Numbered from the stretch's first letter, positions 19,431-30,098 are shown. The stretch is DNA of 64,000 nucleotides from an uncultured Pseudomonadales bacterium (GCA_964393205.1 CAYMSV010000002.1:160843-224842), one strand, 5' to 3'. The notes: a model not told the origin generated them from the letters alone. Numbers and translations are program-made.

Positions 19431-20327
19431 CTAATTAATTTCTACGTGTTGGGGTAATAAGCTAAGTAATTCTTCTTGGGGAATTTTGCCCTCTTCTGCT
19501 AAAAATAATAAAGCTGCTGGCAAAAAGTCTAAAACTGCTAAAGTCGCTTTACGAAACTCTTTTTGGTCAATGTTGGATAATTCTTGCGCAGAATAAAGTC
19601 GCCAACCCTCCCTCTCAATTTTTGCCAAATCTTGTTCATCAATTAAAATTGCCAAGACAAAGACAATAAAGTTATAAAGTGCCAACTCTTGATTAGAACC
19701 ATCAACTGGTCTAATTTGTTCAATCCTAAAAGATGACTTTGAAAAAAAATGCACCTTATCTTTTAAATCAGCCGATGATAAGCCCGGCACTTCTTCTTCA
19801 ATTTCGCGTAACATACTAAAAAACAGTGCATTAACAAAAGCTGGTGGTAACTCCTTAAAACTTAAAGATTCAAGTTCTTCGTTGTTGTCTAAAAAATCCA
19901 ATAATGCTTGAGTCTGATCACTTTCTACCTTACCAGTTACCGTATTAATGCCAGTTGGCCTGGTAAAAACATCTTGTCTGTTAAACAATGGTTTACTAGG
20001 AAGACCCTGGTTAATTTCAGTCTTATTCTCAGGATAAATAACTCTTTCTTTCTTTTTGCTTTCATCATCTGAATGATTGCTATCAACATCATCAAAAAAT
20101 AAAAGTTTTAAACCATTTTCTGTAGCTACAAAAGTTAAAGCTCCCACTCCCACAGCATCTGATCGAAAAACAATATTTTCTGTCATTGAAGAACTACAAT
20201 GAGTACAAACTGGCCGATTTGCTGGAAATATTTTTTCACCACACACTGGACAGACAGCTAATTTTAGCTCTCCCTCTCCATTACCATAACGAATTTTTTG
20301 CAAACGCCAATGTCTTGGAACCTCCAT
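19431..20327 (-). CDS. DUF35-type N-terminal zinc ribbon fused to a Nudix-like domain
   Basis: MEVPRHWR...CPVCG..IFP.NRPVCTHC; split Nudix box GKVE...MLREIEEEVPGL. Confidence 0.55.
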   Translation of the reverse strand: MEVPRHWRLQKIRYGNGEGELKLAVCPVCGEKIFPANRPVCTHCSSSMTENIVFRSDAVGVGALTFVATENGLKLLFFDDVDSNHSDDESKKKERVIYPENKTEINQGLPSKPLFNRQDVFTRPTGINTVTGKVESDQTQALLDFLDNNEELESLSFKELPPAFVNALFFSMLREIEEEVPGLSSADLKDKVHFFSKSSFRIEQIRPVDGSNQELALYNFIVFVLAILIDEQDLAKIEREGWRLYSAQELSNIDQKEFRKATLAVLDFLPAALLFLAEEGKIPQEELLSLLPQHVEIN

Positions 20328-20404
20328 AACAGTTTATTAGTCGTATTTTTTAAGAAAATCACGCAAAACTGCTTAATTAGTAATTTCATAGTATGATACT
20401 TAAC

Positions 20405-21487
20405 ATGACTAAATCGATGTCCATTTTAAGCAAATATAGAACAAATATTAGTGAATATCTAAAAAAATTCTTAGATGAAGAAAAACAAGCACTTAAGAAG
20501 ATAAGTTTAGACGACGACGCCTTTGAAACTTTAAAAAATTTTGTGGTACGAGGAAAAATGGCAAGAGCCAATCTGTTCATTCTCACTTATGGAATCCTTG
20601 AGCCACAGAAAGAAAAAGAAATTTTTGAAAAAGTTTTATTACCCTTAGCAAGCACCCTCGAACTAATTCAGGCTGGTTTATTAATTCATGATGATATTAT
20701 CGATCAAGATCAGCAACGAAGAGGACAAGATTCTATTTGGCAATATTACTCAAAACAAAACCAAAGCTCAGATCAACATTATGGGGAAAGTCAGGCAATT
20801 TGCTTGGGTAATCTATGTTTTTTCTTAGCCGATCAACTAATTTTAGAAGCCGTTAATAATCTAGATTCACAATTAAATAAAAAACAACTGTTAGATGTCC
20901 AACAACTAATTAACCGAGAAATTAGCCAAGTAATCTTGGCTGAAATGCTTGATAGCCAGTTAGCCATGCAAGATAAATTACCCTCACTAGAGAAAATTTT
21001 AGAAATGAACATTTATAAAACTGCTCGCTATAGTTTTTCTCTACCACTAATGCTCGCTGGAAAACTAAGTAATAAGTCTGAAAATATTAATCTACTTAGT
21101 AAAATTGGAGAAAAAATAGGCCTTATCTTTCAGATTAGAGATGATTATCTGGGTATTTTTGGCGATAGTGAAAAAACTGGCAAACCAATCCTATCTGATG
21201 TAAAAGAAGGTAAAAAAACTATTTTTTATTATTATTTAGCTCAAAACAAATCTCTCACTGATCAAGAAAAACACTTATTAAATAGCTGTTTTGCCAAAAA
21301 AAACATCAAACAAGAGCAAATATTAGATATTCAAAATTTGTTTGAGCGCTATAGCCTTCAAACAGTTGACAGTTTACTAGACCAACTAAAACTTGAAACA
21401 CAAATAATGACAAATCAGCTAAAGAATAAAAAAATACAGAACCTGTTAATGAAAATTCTAAATTTTGCTTCTTGTCGTCAATGTTAA
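20405..21487 (+). CDS. Polyprenyl diphosphate synthase (GGPP/FPP synthase family)
   Basis: GK..R, FARM HDDIIDQD..RRG, KTARYS, SARM FQIRDD, GK...SD..EGK; start at ATG 7 nt after TATGAT. Confidence 0.9.
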   Translation: MTKSMSILSKYRTNISEYLKKFLDEEKQALKKISLDDDAFETLKNFVVRGKMARANLFILTYGILEPQKEKEIFEKVLLPLASTLELIQAGLLIHDDIIDQDQQRRGQDSIWQYYSKQNQSSDQHYGESQAICLGNLCFFLADQLILEAVNNLDSQLNKKQLLDVQQLINREISQVILAEMLDSQLAMQDKLPSLEKILEMNIYKTARYSFSLPLMLAGKLSNKSENINLLSKIGEKIGLIFQIRDDYLGIFGDSEKTGKPILSDVKEGKKTIFYYYLAQNKSLTDQEKHLLNSCFAKKNIKQEQILDIQNLFERYSLQTVDSLLDQLKLETQIMTNQLKNKKIQNLLMKILNFASCRQC

Positions 21488-21495
21488 CTGAAAAA

Positions 21496-22728
21496 CTAAA
21501 ACTTGGGGTCTTGATGTTCTTTAACTAGTAAAGTTAATAAAACACCAACTGCAGCTATCACAAACAAACTCGTCCAGGCATTACCAAAGAAATAAAATAA
21601 GAAAAAAACTAAAGACCAAAAGACAATCGCTGCCACACTACTAATCATTTGCCGATAAGTAAAATAAGAAAGACCCTCTCGACCCTTACCCCTCACCATC
21701 CACACTCGATCAAAAAACAACCAGTGAAAGCTGGATGCCACACGATCTAAAGTATTAACAACCACAATTGACCAAAAGCCTACCACAAAAGATCTTATTA
21801 TCCAAAAAAAGGATAAAATACTAGCCGACATCATAAAAGGCTTGCGACTCTGACGCTTATCTATTATTGCTCCAACAAAATAACTAATACCCATCGCCAT
21901 TAGCAAAGAAAAACTGTACAAAAGACCAACTTTTGCACTAGTACCCAATAAAATAAAGATATAAAGCGGCCAAAGATTCAACATCCCATCGTTAAAATAG
22001 CGACCAGCAAAAGTTAAACCTAGTCGCCGAAAACCCGGCTCACTCATCCAGGAAGCAAACTCTTCCCAAGATATTTTATCTCTAACTTTTACGTTATCTA
22101 ATAAAATTGTAAAAATTAAACCCACTCCAATTAATAATAAACCCATTAAAAATAAGTTGCCGTATCCCAAAACAGCAATCACTAAACCTCCAAGGGCTGG
22201 CGAAATCATTGTTACTAAATTAAGTAAAAAATTAATAATACCTAAATTACTACCCATTTTATGATGATTGCTATTACGACTCAGTGAATAATGATAGCTA
22301 TTCCAAAAGTAATTTATCTGTAAACCATCTATCATTACTGCTAAAAATATCCAGTAAGGATTACCTTGTGATAAAAATAGAAAAATTACAAATAAGGCAT
22401 ATAAAATATGCCCCATAACAAAGGCATGTTTTGTTCCTAACTTAATAGTTCGCTGGGCCACCCAAATAGCAGAAATAAAAGCTACCAGACGCGAGAGAAG
22501 ATGTAAAATAGCTATATTAAAAATACCTATTTGCAAAGTAGATAAAGGATCTTGTCCTCGCTGATTTAGTGCCCAGTTAATTTGATCCCAAAAAGGTAAA
22601 TGCAAATTAAAAAAATAAATTGGTAAAAAAAACATTACCAACTTATTGACCAACTCACGAAACAAACGCATCGCATAAAGATGTTTTAAATTCTGATTTT
22701 TCTGGAAAGATAACTTAGGCAGTTTCAT
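21496..22728 (-). CDS. MFS transporter
   Basis: About 12 TM segments; SPALGG and GAIIDK MFS-type motifs. Confidence 0.75.
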   Translation of the reverse strand: MKLPKLSFQKNQNLKHLYAMRLFRELVNKLVMFFLPIYFFNLHLPFWDQINWALNQRGQDPLSTLQIGIFNIAILHLLSRLVAFISAIWVAQRTIKLGTKHAFVMGHILYALFVIFLFLSQGNPYWIFLAVMIDGLQINYFWNSYHYSLSRNSNHHKMGSNLGIINFLLNLVTMISPALGGLVIAVLGYGNLFLMGLLLIGVGLIFTILLDNVKVRDKISWEEFASWMSEPGFRRLGLTFAGRYFNDGMLNLWPLYIFILLGTSAKVGLLYSFSLLMAMGISYFVGAIIDKRQSRKPFMMSASILSFFWIIRSFVVGFWSIVVVNTLDRVASSFHWLFFDRVWMVRGKGREGLSYFTYRQMISSVAAIVFWSLVFFLFYFFGNAWTSLFVIAAVGVLLTLLVKEHQDPKF

Positions 22729-22749
22729 CAATAGTTTAGTATAAGCTAG

Positions 22750-23283
22750 CTAGAGCAATTCCTGCAAAAGCATTTTTATCGTTTTATGTAAAAGCTGATC
22801 TTCAGTTGGTGACATAGTCTGCAACACATAATCTGCTGGAGGAACATTTCTTGAGCCTTTTCTAGAATCTATACCCAGGCGTAAATGCCAAAAATCTTTA
22901 GTACCCAAATGTTGATAAATAGACTGTAAGCCATTGTGCTCCTTCGGCCCCACTGCTTTTTGTAATTTATAAGTACCTAATTCCAAATCTAAATCATCAT
23001 GAACCACAATTAAGTCTTCTGGACCAGACAATGAATTTTGCAAGTCAATTTTTAAGTAATCTAGAAAAGCTCTTAGTGCTTGCCCGGAATTGTTCATGAA
23101 GGTTTGAGGCTTAAGTAAGAAAAGATCATCTCTTTTGACAGCTAATTCTGAATTAAATTTTTTTTCAAATTTGAAAGATAGACCCAACTCTTCAGCAATA
23201 GCATCAATAAACATAAAACCTGCGTTATGACGTGTTTTTTGATATTTTTCTCCAGGATTACCTAGTCCCACATAAATCTTCAT
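22750..23283 (-). CDS. pth: Peptidyl-tRNA hydrolase
   Basis: VGLGNPG..Y..TRHNAGF, KPQTFMN.SG, HDDLDL, HNGL.S. Confidence 0.97.
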   Translation of the reverse strand: MKIYVGLGNPGEKYQKTRHNAGFMFIDAIAEELGLSFKFEKKFNSELAVKRDDLFLLKPQTFMNNSGQALRAFLDYLKIDLQNSLSGPEDLIVVHDDLDLELGTYKLQKAVGPKEHNGLQSIYQHLGTKDFWHLRLGIDSRKGSRNVPPADYVLQTMSPTEDQLLHKTIKMLLQELL

Positions 23284-23338
23284 AGTTCCTATTTTAACAT
23301 TTTATCCTTTTTAAACTTTTGCAGTTATAATGCAGATG

Positions 23339-24454
23339 ATGAAAAAAAATATCGGTATTTTTAGCACTAAACAAGGTCATCAAAGCATTGCTGAAACAAT
23401 AAAAGAAAAAATAGAAAGCCAGGCAGGAGATCGTTATCGAGTAGATATTTTTTATACTAAACAAATTTTTGAAACATTTTACGAATCTCTCTACCGATTG
23501 GCTCCCAGTGTCTTAAAAGTACCTTATGATTTAAGCGTAAAAGCAATAGAAAAAGATGCAGAACTAAGTAAACTAATTTTTAACATTTTTTTTCAATACA
23601 CCTATGAGCCAAGCAATCAATTTATTAAGGATAAAAAAATTGATTTGGCCATTAATTGTTATTTTCCATTCGTTCCTACTCTAGAAAAGATTAGAGAGAG
23701 AAAAGACATGCCTTGTCTTAACATTATTACTGATCCACGAACTATTCACCCCTGGCAAATTTTCCAAAAAGCTGAAGCTAATTTCTTTTTTGAAAATAAA
23801 AATTTAACAGATTATCAAAAAGATTGCGAAGCTAAAGTTTCGGGCTGGTTTGTTGGTAAAAGATTTGAAGAGGCATATCAAAAAGAAGAGATAAAGAAAA
23901 AATTAAAAATTACTGAAGACCTAGTTTTTTTAATTGCCTCTGGATCAGATGGCTCAGCAGCGATATTAAAAATTTTAGCCGCACTAATTAATTGTTCTAA
24001 GTCTGTAAAGGTTTTTATTGCTTGTGGCAATAATCGCAACCTTTACAACAATATTTTAGGTATTAAAAAAAGTTTAAACATGTTTAGTCAGTCAAAGGCC
24101 GTTATTACACCTTTGCCTTTTACTAAAGAGTTACATTTATACATGCAAGCCGCGGATCTAATTATTGGTAAAGCTGGCCCTAACACCCTATTTGAAAGTG
24201 TAGCAACACTTACTCCATTTTTTGCCATTACCCACATTGCTCAAGAAGCTGGCAATCTAGAAATTATTAAAGAATATAAGTTGGGATTTGTAGAGGAAAA
24301 AACTAAAGCCGCTAATCAAAAATTACTAGAAATCATCGACAAACCCCAAGCACTTGAAAAATTCCAAGTCAGTTTAAAAAAACTTAAAGAACATAATCAA
24401 GAGTCGATCAATATCTTAATTAAAGAAATTAATCAATTATTTCAACAAAAATAA
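23339..24454 (+). CDS. MGDG-synthase/UgtP-like GT28 glycosyltransferase
   Basis: GH..IA, ITD, ACGNN, MQAADLIIGKAGP.T..E, QEAGN; start 7 nt after TATAAT. Confidence 0.8.
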   Translation: MKKNIGIFSTKQGHQSIAETIKEKIESQAGDRYRVDIFYTKQIFETFYESLYRLAPSVLKVPYDLSVKAIEKDAELSKLIFNIFFQYTYEPSNQFIKDKKIDLAINCYFPFVPTLEKIRERKDMPCLNIITDPRTIHPWQIFQKAEANFFFENKNLTDYQKDCEAKVSGWFVGKRFEEAYQKEEIKKKLKITEDLVFLIASGSDGSAAILKILAALINCSKSVKVFIACGNNRNLYNNILGIKKSLNMFSQSKAVITPLPFTKELHLYMQAADLIIGKAGPNTLFESVATLTPFFAITHIAQEAGNLEIIKEYKLGFVEEKTKAANQKLLEIIDKPQALEKFQVSLKKLKEHNQESINILIKEINQLFQQK

Positions 24455-24478
24455 GCTTAAGAAAAATATAAAGAACCA

Positions 24479-26305
24479 TTAACCTTGACTGATATTTTTT
24501 AATTCCTGAAGAGTAGTTGCTTGTTGCCAATCTTTATCAACCCTGATTTTTATCAAACGAGGGAAACGCAAAGCTACGCCAGCAGTGTGACTCGGAGATT
24601 TAGAAATTTCATCAGCTGCAATTTCCAAAACTAAATTTGGCTCAATCCACACGTCGGCCACCAACTCTTTTTTGAAATCATATTTAGAATTAGCTTGATT
24701 TTTAGAACTCTTGTGTTCATCCGCTAATTTTTTAATTTCTTTAAATTGCTTATCTGTTAAACCTGTGCCAATTTTCGAAAGAGTTTTGATGTCGCCACTT
24801 TTTTGATCTAAAACCCCAACCAATAAAGCTCCAATGCCAAAACTTTGTCTCTTACCTCTACCTCGATAGTAGCCCATCATAATGCAGTCGACAGTATCAT
24901 TTAACTTACCTCGCGTACCCTCGACTTCCTTTATTTTTACCCAACGCCAACCCTTACGACCAGCAACATAGGCTGACTCTGGCTTTTTCATTACAGCCCC
25001 CTCCAAACCGAGCTTCAATTGCTCTTCATGGTAAGCACTTAAATCAGTCGGATCACTAATAATTTGACAATCGGTTACTTTAATCACTTTTGAATCTTTA
25101 ACAGCATCATTAAGCTTTTTTTTACGATCAAGTAACTGTTCATCAATTAATGTTTCACCATCAAGATACAGCAAGTCAAAAACATAAAAGCGAATTGGTA
25201 ACTCTTCTGCTTTAGTCTTAATTTCATATTTGCGTTTGCGAGAAATAGTTTCTTGAAAAGCAACAAACTTCCCAGAATCAGGATCAATACCAACAGCCTC
25301 ACTATCTAAAATAGCTGTTTCTCCCTGAAATTCTTCCAATAATTGGTCTAATTCAGGAAACATAGCTGACACTTCTTCTAAATTACGAGTATAAGCTTTA
25401 TATTGGCTACCATCAGCAAAACCAGCTTTGTTGAGATGAATTTGGATGCGTAAACCATCATATTTTGGCTCAGCTATCACTTCACCCATTTTGTCAATAA
25501 TTTCTTGCCCACTATTAAGTCGCTGACATAAGGCTGGCACAACTGGAATACCCAACTCCATCTGATAGTTTTTAGCTAATTCTTTAGCACTTAGATTTTC
25601 TTCAAACAAATAGAGTTGTGCTAACAATCCGAAATCAGCTTTTTTTTGAAAAGCCTCCTCCAATAAGGATGACTGGCTTTTACCCCCTGTTTTTACCCAA
25701 GACAGAGCGTCTAACATGGTCATTGTAGAAAAGCCCAAACGCATTTTACCTAAAACAATTCTTGCTATAAATTTAGCCGACACAGCACTAACTTGATCTA
25801 ATAAATCGGCCAATAAATTAATTTTTCTATCCTGAGAACCTTCTCCACCCTCATAAGCAATTTCTTCTAGCTGCTGATGAACTTCTATAATGCTGAGCCT
25901 AACTTCTTGATCAGAAGAATCTGTTAAATCTGTTAAATCAGCGACAACTTGATAGAACAATTCGCCCAAATCTCCTAGCTCTTTATATTTTTTATTTAAC
26001 TCTCCAACAACTACTTCTTGATTAACATCATCAAACAAACCTTGTTTTAAAAATGATTTGTTTTCAACCGAGGCTGAATGACGATTATAAAAATTAGCTA
26101 AAGAGCGAATTAACATCTTACTAGATAACTGAAATTCTAAAGACTCATAGTTAGCCACCAGACTTCCCTGCATTAAATAGCTGGCGGGTACTATCTCATC
26201 TTTATCTAATTCTTTAAATAATTTAGCCAATAATTTAGTCATCTCTAAACGAGAGTTAAGTTCTTCCAAATCAAGTAAATATTGAGTGAATTGATTAAAA
26301 AGCAT
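24479..26305 (-). CDS. lig: ATP-dependent DNA ligase (archaeal/eukaryal-type with N-terminal DNA-binding domain)
   Basis: EPKYDGLRIQIH (KxDG), LDSE, FDLLY, EG.VMK, WVKIK, LRFPR. Confidence 0.93.
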   Translation of the reverse strand: MLFNQFTQYLLDLEELNSRLEMTKLLAKLFKELDKDEIVPASYLMQGSLVANYESLEFQLSSKMLIRSLANFYNRHSASVENKSFLKQGLFDDVNQEVVVGELNKKYKELGDLGELFYQVVADLTDLTDSSDQEVRLSIIEVHQQLEEIAYEGGEGSQDRKINLLADLLDQVSAVSAKFIARIVLGKMRLGFSTMTMLDALSWVKTGGKSQSSLLEEAFQKKADFGLLAQLYLFEENLSAKELAKNYQMELGIPVVPALCQRLNSGQEIIDKMGEVIAEPKYDGLRIQIHLNKAGFADGSQYKAYTRNLEEVSAMFPELDQLLEEFQGETAILDSEAVGIDPDSGKFVAFQETISRKRKYEIKTKAEELPIRFYVFDLLYLDGETLIDEQLLDRKKKLNDAVKDSKVIKVTDCQIISDPTDLSAYHEEQLKLGLEGAVMKKPESAYVAGRKGWRWVKIKEVEGTRGKLNDTVDCIMMGYYRGRGKRQSFGIGALLVGVLDQKSGDIKTLSKIGTGLTDKQFKEIKKLADEHKSSKNQANSKYDFKKELVADVWIEPNLVLEIAADEISKSPSHTAGVALRFPRLIKIRVDKDWQQATTLQELKNISQG

Positions 26306-26368
26306 AGAATTCCTTCAAATATATTATGTCAAATCAGCTAGAAAAACCAAGTCAAATTAATCAAGAAA

Positions 26369-27481
26369 TTAATTGAGGCTATAACTAACACCCTTGGTTA
26401 CCCCATGTTTCTTAACCACTCCCTTAGCAATTAAGTCTTTGAGATCTCGCAGAATAGTATCAACCGAAACATTAGGTAAGACTTTTTGGGCATCGTCAGA
26501 AGTCATAGTACCCTGATTTTGTAATAGCTCTAATAGAATAATTTGTCGCTCAGATAGTGCTACTTGTTGTCCAAGCTCACGTTTAAGCTTTAAATCTTGT
26601 GAAAGCTTAGCTACTTTTAGTTTAACCTTATCAATTTCTAAGGCTAAACCATAGGTAAAATATTCCAACCAATAAGTTAGGTCTTGCTTAGCATTTTGTT
26701 GAACAGATAAAAGCGCCTGATAATAAGCATCAACATCGCTATCAAAATATTCTTCAATTGAAAAAAAACGCTTAAAATCGTATCCAGACTCATAAAGAGC
26801 AAGAGTGGCAAAAGCTCGAGCACTACGACCATTTCCCTCTACATAAGGATGAATATAAACTAATTGATAATGGAGAATAGCTGCTCGTAAAATTGGGTGT
26901 AACTTTTGACTCTTTTCTCCTTTTAACCAAGCAAAAAGATCATCTAATAAAAAAGGAACTTCAGCAGCCACCGGTGGACGAAAAACTACCTGTCCATCTC
27001 TTGCACCTCTGACAATAACTTGTTTGTCACGTAAAGTGGCAATCTTTTCTTCTTCTAACAAATTATTCATGGTTAAACGATGCAATAAATTTAAAGTTGT
27101 TAGATTAAGTAAAGAGTCATCTTGGCTTTGAGTTTTTTTCAACAAGGGCTGTTGATCAATCCAAGCTAATACATTGCGATAATTAATAACCTCTTGAATG
27201 TCCCTTTCTCTAGCAATAATGCCAGTTTGGTCAAGAACTGATTGCACATTGTCAATTTTTTCTAAAGATAAAACCTGTCCGGCCTGAGCAGCGCTCAAGT
27301 CATTGCCCTCAATTCTGGTACCGTAATGAACACTGCGAGCTAAAGCTTCATCACGAAACTTAGCTTCCCAAGCAGGAACAAGTGGTGAGTTGTCAATTAC
27401 CGCCTTGGCTGATTCAATTGCAGAAATATAACTAAGTAAATTATTACTGATTTGAAATTGAGGTTCGTACATTAAAGTCAT
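26369..27481 (-). CDS. Fic family protein with C-terminal winged HTH
   Basis: HPYVEGNGRSAR Fic motif; N-terminal inhibitory-type TRIEGN; DeoR-like T..RDL..L. Confidence 0.9.
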   Translation of the reverse strand: MTLMYEPQFQISNNLLSYISAIESAKAVIDNSPLVPAWEAKFRDEALARSVHYGTRIEGNDLSAAQAGQVLSLEKIDNVQSVLDQTGIIARERDIQEVINYRNVLAWIDQQPLLKKTQSQDDSLLNLTTLNLLHRLTMNNLLEEEKIATLRDKQVIVRGARDGQVVFRPPVAAEVPFLLDDLFAWLKGEKSQKLHPILRAAILHYQLVYIHPYVEGNGRSARAFATLALYESGYDFKRFFSIEEYFDSDVDAYYQALLSVQQNAKQDLTYWLEYFTYGLALEIDKVKLKVAKLSQDLKLKRELGQQVALSERQIILLELLQNQGTMTSDDAQKVLPNVSVDTILRDLKDLIAKGVVKKHGVTKGVSYSLN

Positions 27482-27595
27482 ATTTTGGCATAGTTTGATC
27501 GCTAAAACAAGCGTTATTTTTGCAAATTATGCAAATTTATTTTAAAAACATAGTAAAAAACACAGAAAGATAAAACATAGTAAAATAAGAGCGCA

Positions 27596-28474
27596 ATGCA
27601 GAATCAAGAACAAAAGTCAAAATCTCAAAAAATAATTGAGCAAGCTTTTAAAAAGCTTAAAATTGCTAAAGAAGATTCTCATAAAGGCCAAAACGGCAAA
27701 CTACTAATTATTGGTGGTTCAGAATTATTTCATGCTGCCAGTAAATGGAGTCTTGATATTGCTAGCAAAATAGTTGATATGGTTTTTTATAGCTCTGTTC
27801 CTAGCAATAATATTCTGATTAGGCGCTGGCAAAAAAATGAGCTAGATCAAAAACTTAATCAAGAAGCAAAAGCGAATTTTTGGCAAGGAATTGTGGTTGA
27901 TCGTAAAGAAATTGAGCCTTATTTAAAAGAAGCTGACTGTATTTTATTAGGACCAGGGATGGAAAGAAGTTCTTATACTGCTCGACTGAGTGACCGATTA
28001 TTGAGCAAATATCCACAAAAAAAATGGGTAATTGACGCAGGAGCTTTACAAATGATTAACCCCAATCTTCTCAACAGTAATTGTATTATTACCCCTCACC
28101 ATCAAGAAATGGAAGTTTTACTTAAAAAAAATAATAGTTTCAACCCTAAAAACTATCAAGCTGAAGCAATTTGTTTACTGAAAGGCCCAGTCGATCAAAT
28201 TTTTCCAGGAATAAATCATCCACAACAAAAAACAATCAAAATTGAGGGTGGTAATGCAGGAATGACTAAAGGAGGCACAGGAGATGTTTTAGCTGGCCTA
28301 CTAGCTGCTCTTTATTGCAAAAATGACGCCTTAACTAGCACCATTGTTGCTAGCCATATTAATAAAAAAACTGGAGACTCTCTTTATAAAAAAGTTGGTC
28401 CTTATTTTAATGCCAGTGATTTGGTAGACGCAATTCCTCAAGTACTTTGGAATACTTTCCAAGCAAAAACTTGA
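27596..28474 (+). CDS. nnrD: NAD(P)H-hydrate dehydratase
   Basis: SHKGQNG.LLIIGGS, GPG, IDAGAL, ITPH..E, GN.GM.KGGTGDVLAG. Confidence 0.9.
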   Translation: MQNQEQKSKSQKIIEQAFKKLKIAKEDSHKGQNGKLLIIGGSELFHAASKWSLDIASKIVDMVFYSSVPSNNILIRRWQKNELDQKLNQEAKANFWQGIVVDRKEIEPYLKEADCILLGPGMERSSYTARLSDRLLSKYPQKKWVIDAGALQMINPNLLNSNCIITPHHQEMEVLLKKNNSFNPKNYQAEAICLLKGPVDQIFPGINHPQQKTIKIEGGNAGMTKGGTGDVLAGLLAALYCKNDALTSTIVASHINKKTGDSLYKKVGPYFNASDLVDAIPQVLWNTFQAKT

Positions 28475-28561
28475 AAATTCTCAAAAATTAGGTAAAATCA
28501 CCAGGTTCAGTGAAAAAATATTGGCAAACTTACCTATATTTTTACCTTTGACAGAAATAAT

Positions 28562-28945
28562 ATGACGAAAAAAGAGCATAAACCTATATCTAGTGCTGAG
28601 AATTCAGGCAAAACAGAAGAAACTCGTTTGGGAGATTTTTTAAGTGATTTAAAACTTTTCGACAATAGATATAAAAACCTATCGCTTTCTGAGTTTGAAA
28701 AAGTAGCTAATAGTGCTGATACTAAAAAAGTAGATGAGGATTTAGCAATTATTACCGATCTATTAATTGGTCTAACAGAATCAATTAACATTTGTAACAA
28801 AACTAGTCCAAAAACTGAATTTTATAATTATCATGCTTCAAGAATAAAACATTTGAGTAAAATTTTAGAAAATTTCGCTTGGTTTGAAAAATTAAGAAAA
28901 AAGCAGGACTCCCTCTTTTTTTATGATAACTTGCAATTGGATTAA
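28562..28945 (+). CDS. Hypothetical protein
   Basis: 127-aa ORF filling the nnrD-recF gap; no motif recognised. Confidence 0.5.
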   Translation: MTKKEHKPISSAENSGKTEETRLGDFLSDLKLFDNRYKNLSLSEFEKVANSADTKKVDEDLAIITDLLIGLTESINICNKTSPKTEFYNYHASRIKHLSKILENFAWFEKLRKKQDSLFFYDNLQLD

Positions 28946-28955
28946 TTGAATAAAA

Positions 28956-30077
28956 TTAGACTAATTCAATAGTTGCTGAATTTTTAAATGTTTTTTTAAG
29001 TTCCCTGGCTAAATTTCTATCGGCCGTGGTCAATATAGTTTGATAATTTTCTAATAAGCTCAAAACCATTGCCTTGCTGTCTTGATCTAATTCAGACATA
29101 ATGTCGTCCAAAAGTAAAATAGGTTGATAGTCTATTCGACTATGTAAAAATTGTAATTCAGCAATCTTAAGCCATAAAACTCCTAAACGCTGTTGACCTC
29201 GTGATCCATAAGCTAGCAAACTCAAATCTTCAATTCCTTTTTCTGGCAAAGAAAACTTAACTAAAAAATCATCCTTATGAGGACCAATAAGAGTGTGTCC
29301 AGCAGCTATTTCTCTATTTAAATATTTTTTTAAACGATCATCGCTAATTATTGAAGGCAAGTATTTAATATTTAGCTCAAAAGGAAAAATTACTTCTCTA
29401 ATAAAATCAATAAACTTAATTCTCTCTTGCTGTAAAAACTGACCATGCTTTGCTAAATTTAAATTCCAAAAAGACAAAATATTCTTTTTTTCTTCTCCTT
29501 CACGCACTTTTTGTAGTAACAGATTGCGACGTTTCAAAGTTCGTTCATACTGTTGCAGAGAGCGTTGATATTGCCAATCCAACATTGATAAGGTTTGGTC
29601 AAGAAATAAGCGGCGGCGGCGCGGGCTACCCTCCACCAAACGTAAATCTTCAGGACGAAAAACTACTACTGATAAATTTTTGACAAAATCAGCACGCCGC
29701 CGCCTAATATCATTAACAGTAAACAAACGATATTGACTCTTTTTACCACCCACCATGCCCCTGGTAAGCATTATTTCTAATTTTAGTTCTTCTGAAACCT
29801 GAGACTCTTGATTAGGTTTTTCATTTTTCCCCTCTTGAGGAGCAAAGCTCTCCATTTCAAAAAGAGCCTGCACTCTGCCCAATTCTGCTCCCAAACGAAT
29901 CATTTCCTCAATGCGATTAGCTCGAAAACTATCACTGCTAGCCAAAAGATTTATTGCCTCTACAACAGTCGTTTTGCCACTGCCATTGTCCCCAAGAATA
30001 ATTGTGGTTTTTTTAAAATCCCAATTTTTATTAGCAAAATTTCGAAAATTTTGCAAAGCTAATTTGCGCAACAACAT
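28956..30077 (-). CDS. recF: DNA replication/repair protein RecF
   Basis: NFRN, GDNGSGKT, F.PEDL.LV.GSP..RR.FLD, GPH.DD, GSRGQQR, LLLDDIMSELD. Confidence 0.95.
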   Translation of the reverse strand: MLLRKLALQNFRNFANKNWDFKKTTIILGDNGSGKTTVVEAINLLASSDSFRANRIEEMIRLGAELGRVQALFEMESFAPQEGKNEKPNQESQVSEELKLEIMLTRGMVGGKKSQYRLFTVNDIRRRRADFVKNLSVVVFRPEDLRLVEGSPRRRRLFLDQTLSMLDWQYQRSLQQYERTLKRRNLLLQKVREGEEKKNILSFWNLNLAKHGQFLQQERIKFIDFIREVIFPFELNIKYLPSIISDDRLKKYLNREIAAGHTLIGPHKDDFLVKFSLPEKGIEDLSLLAYGSRGQQRLGVLWLKIAELQFLHSRIDYQPILLLDDIMSELDQDSKAMVLSLLENYQTILTTADRNLARELKKTFKNSATIELV

Positions 30078-30098
30078 AAAGTTAAAAGCATTTTATAA

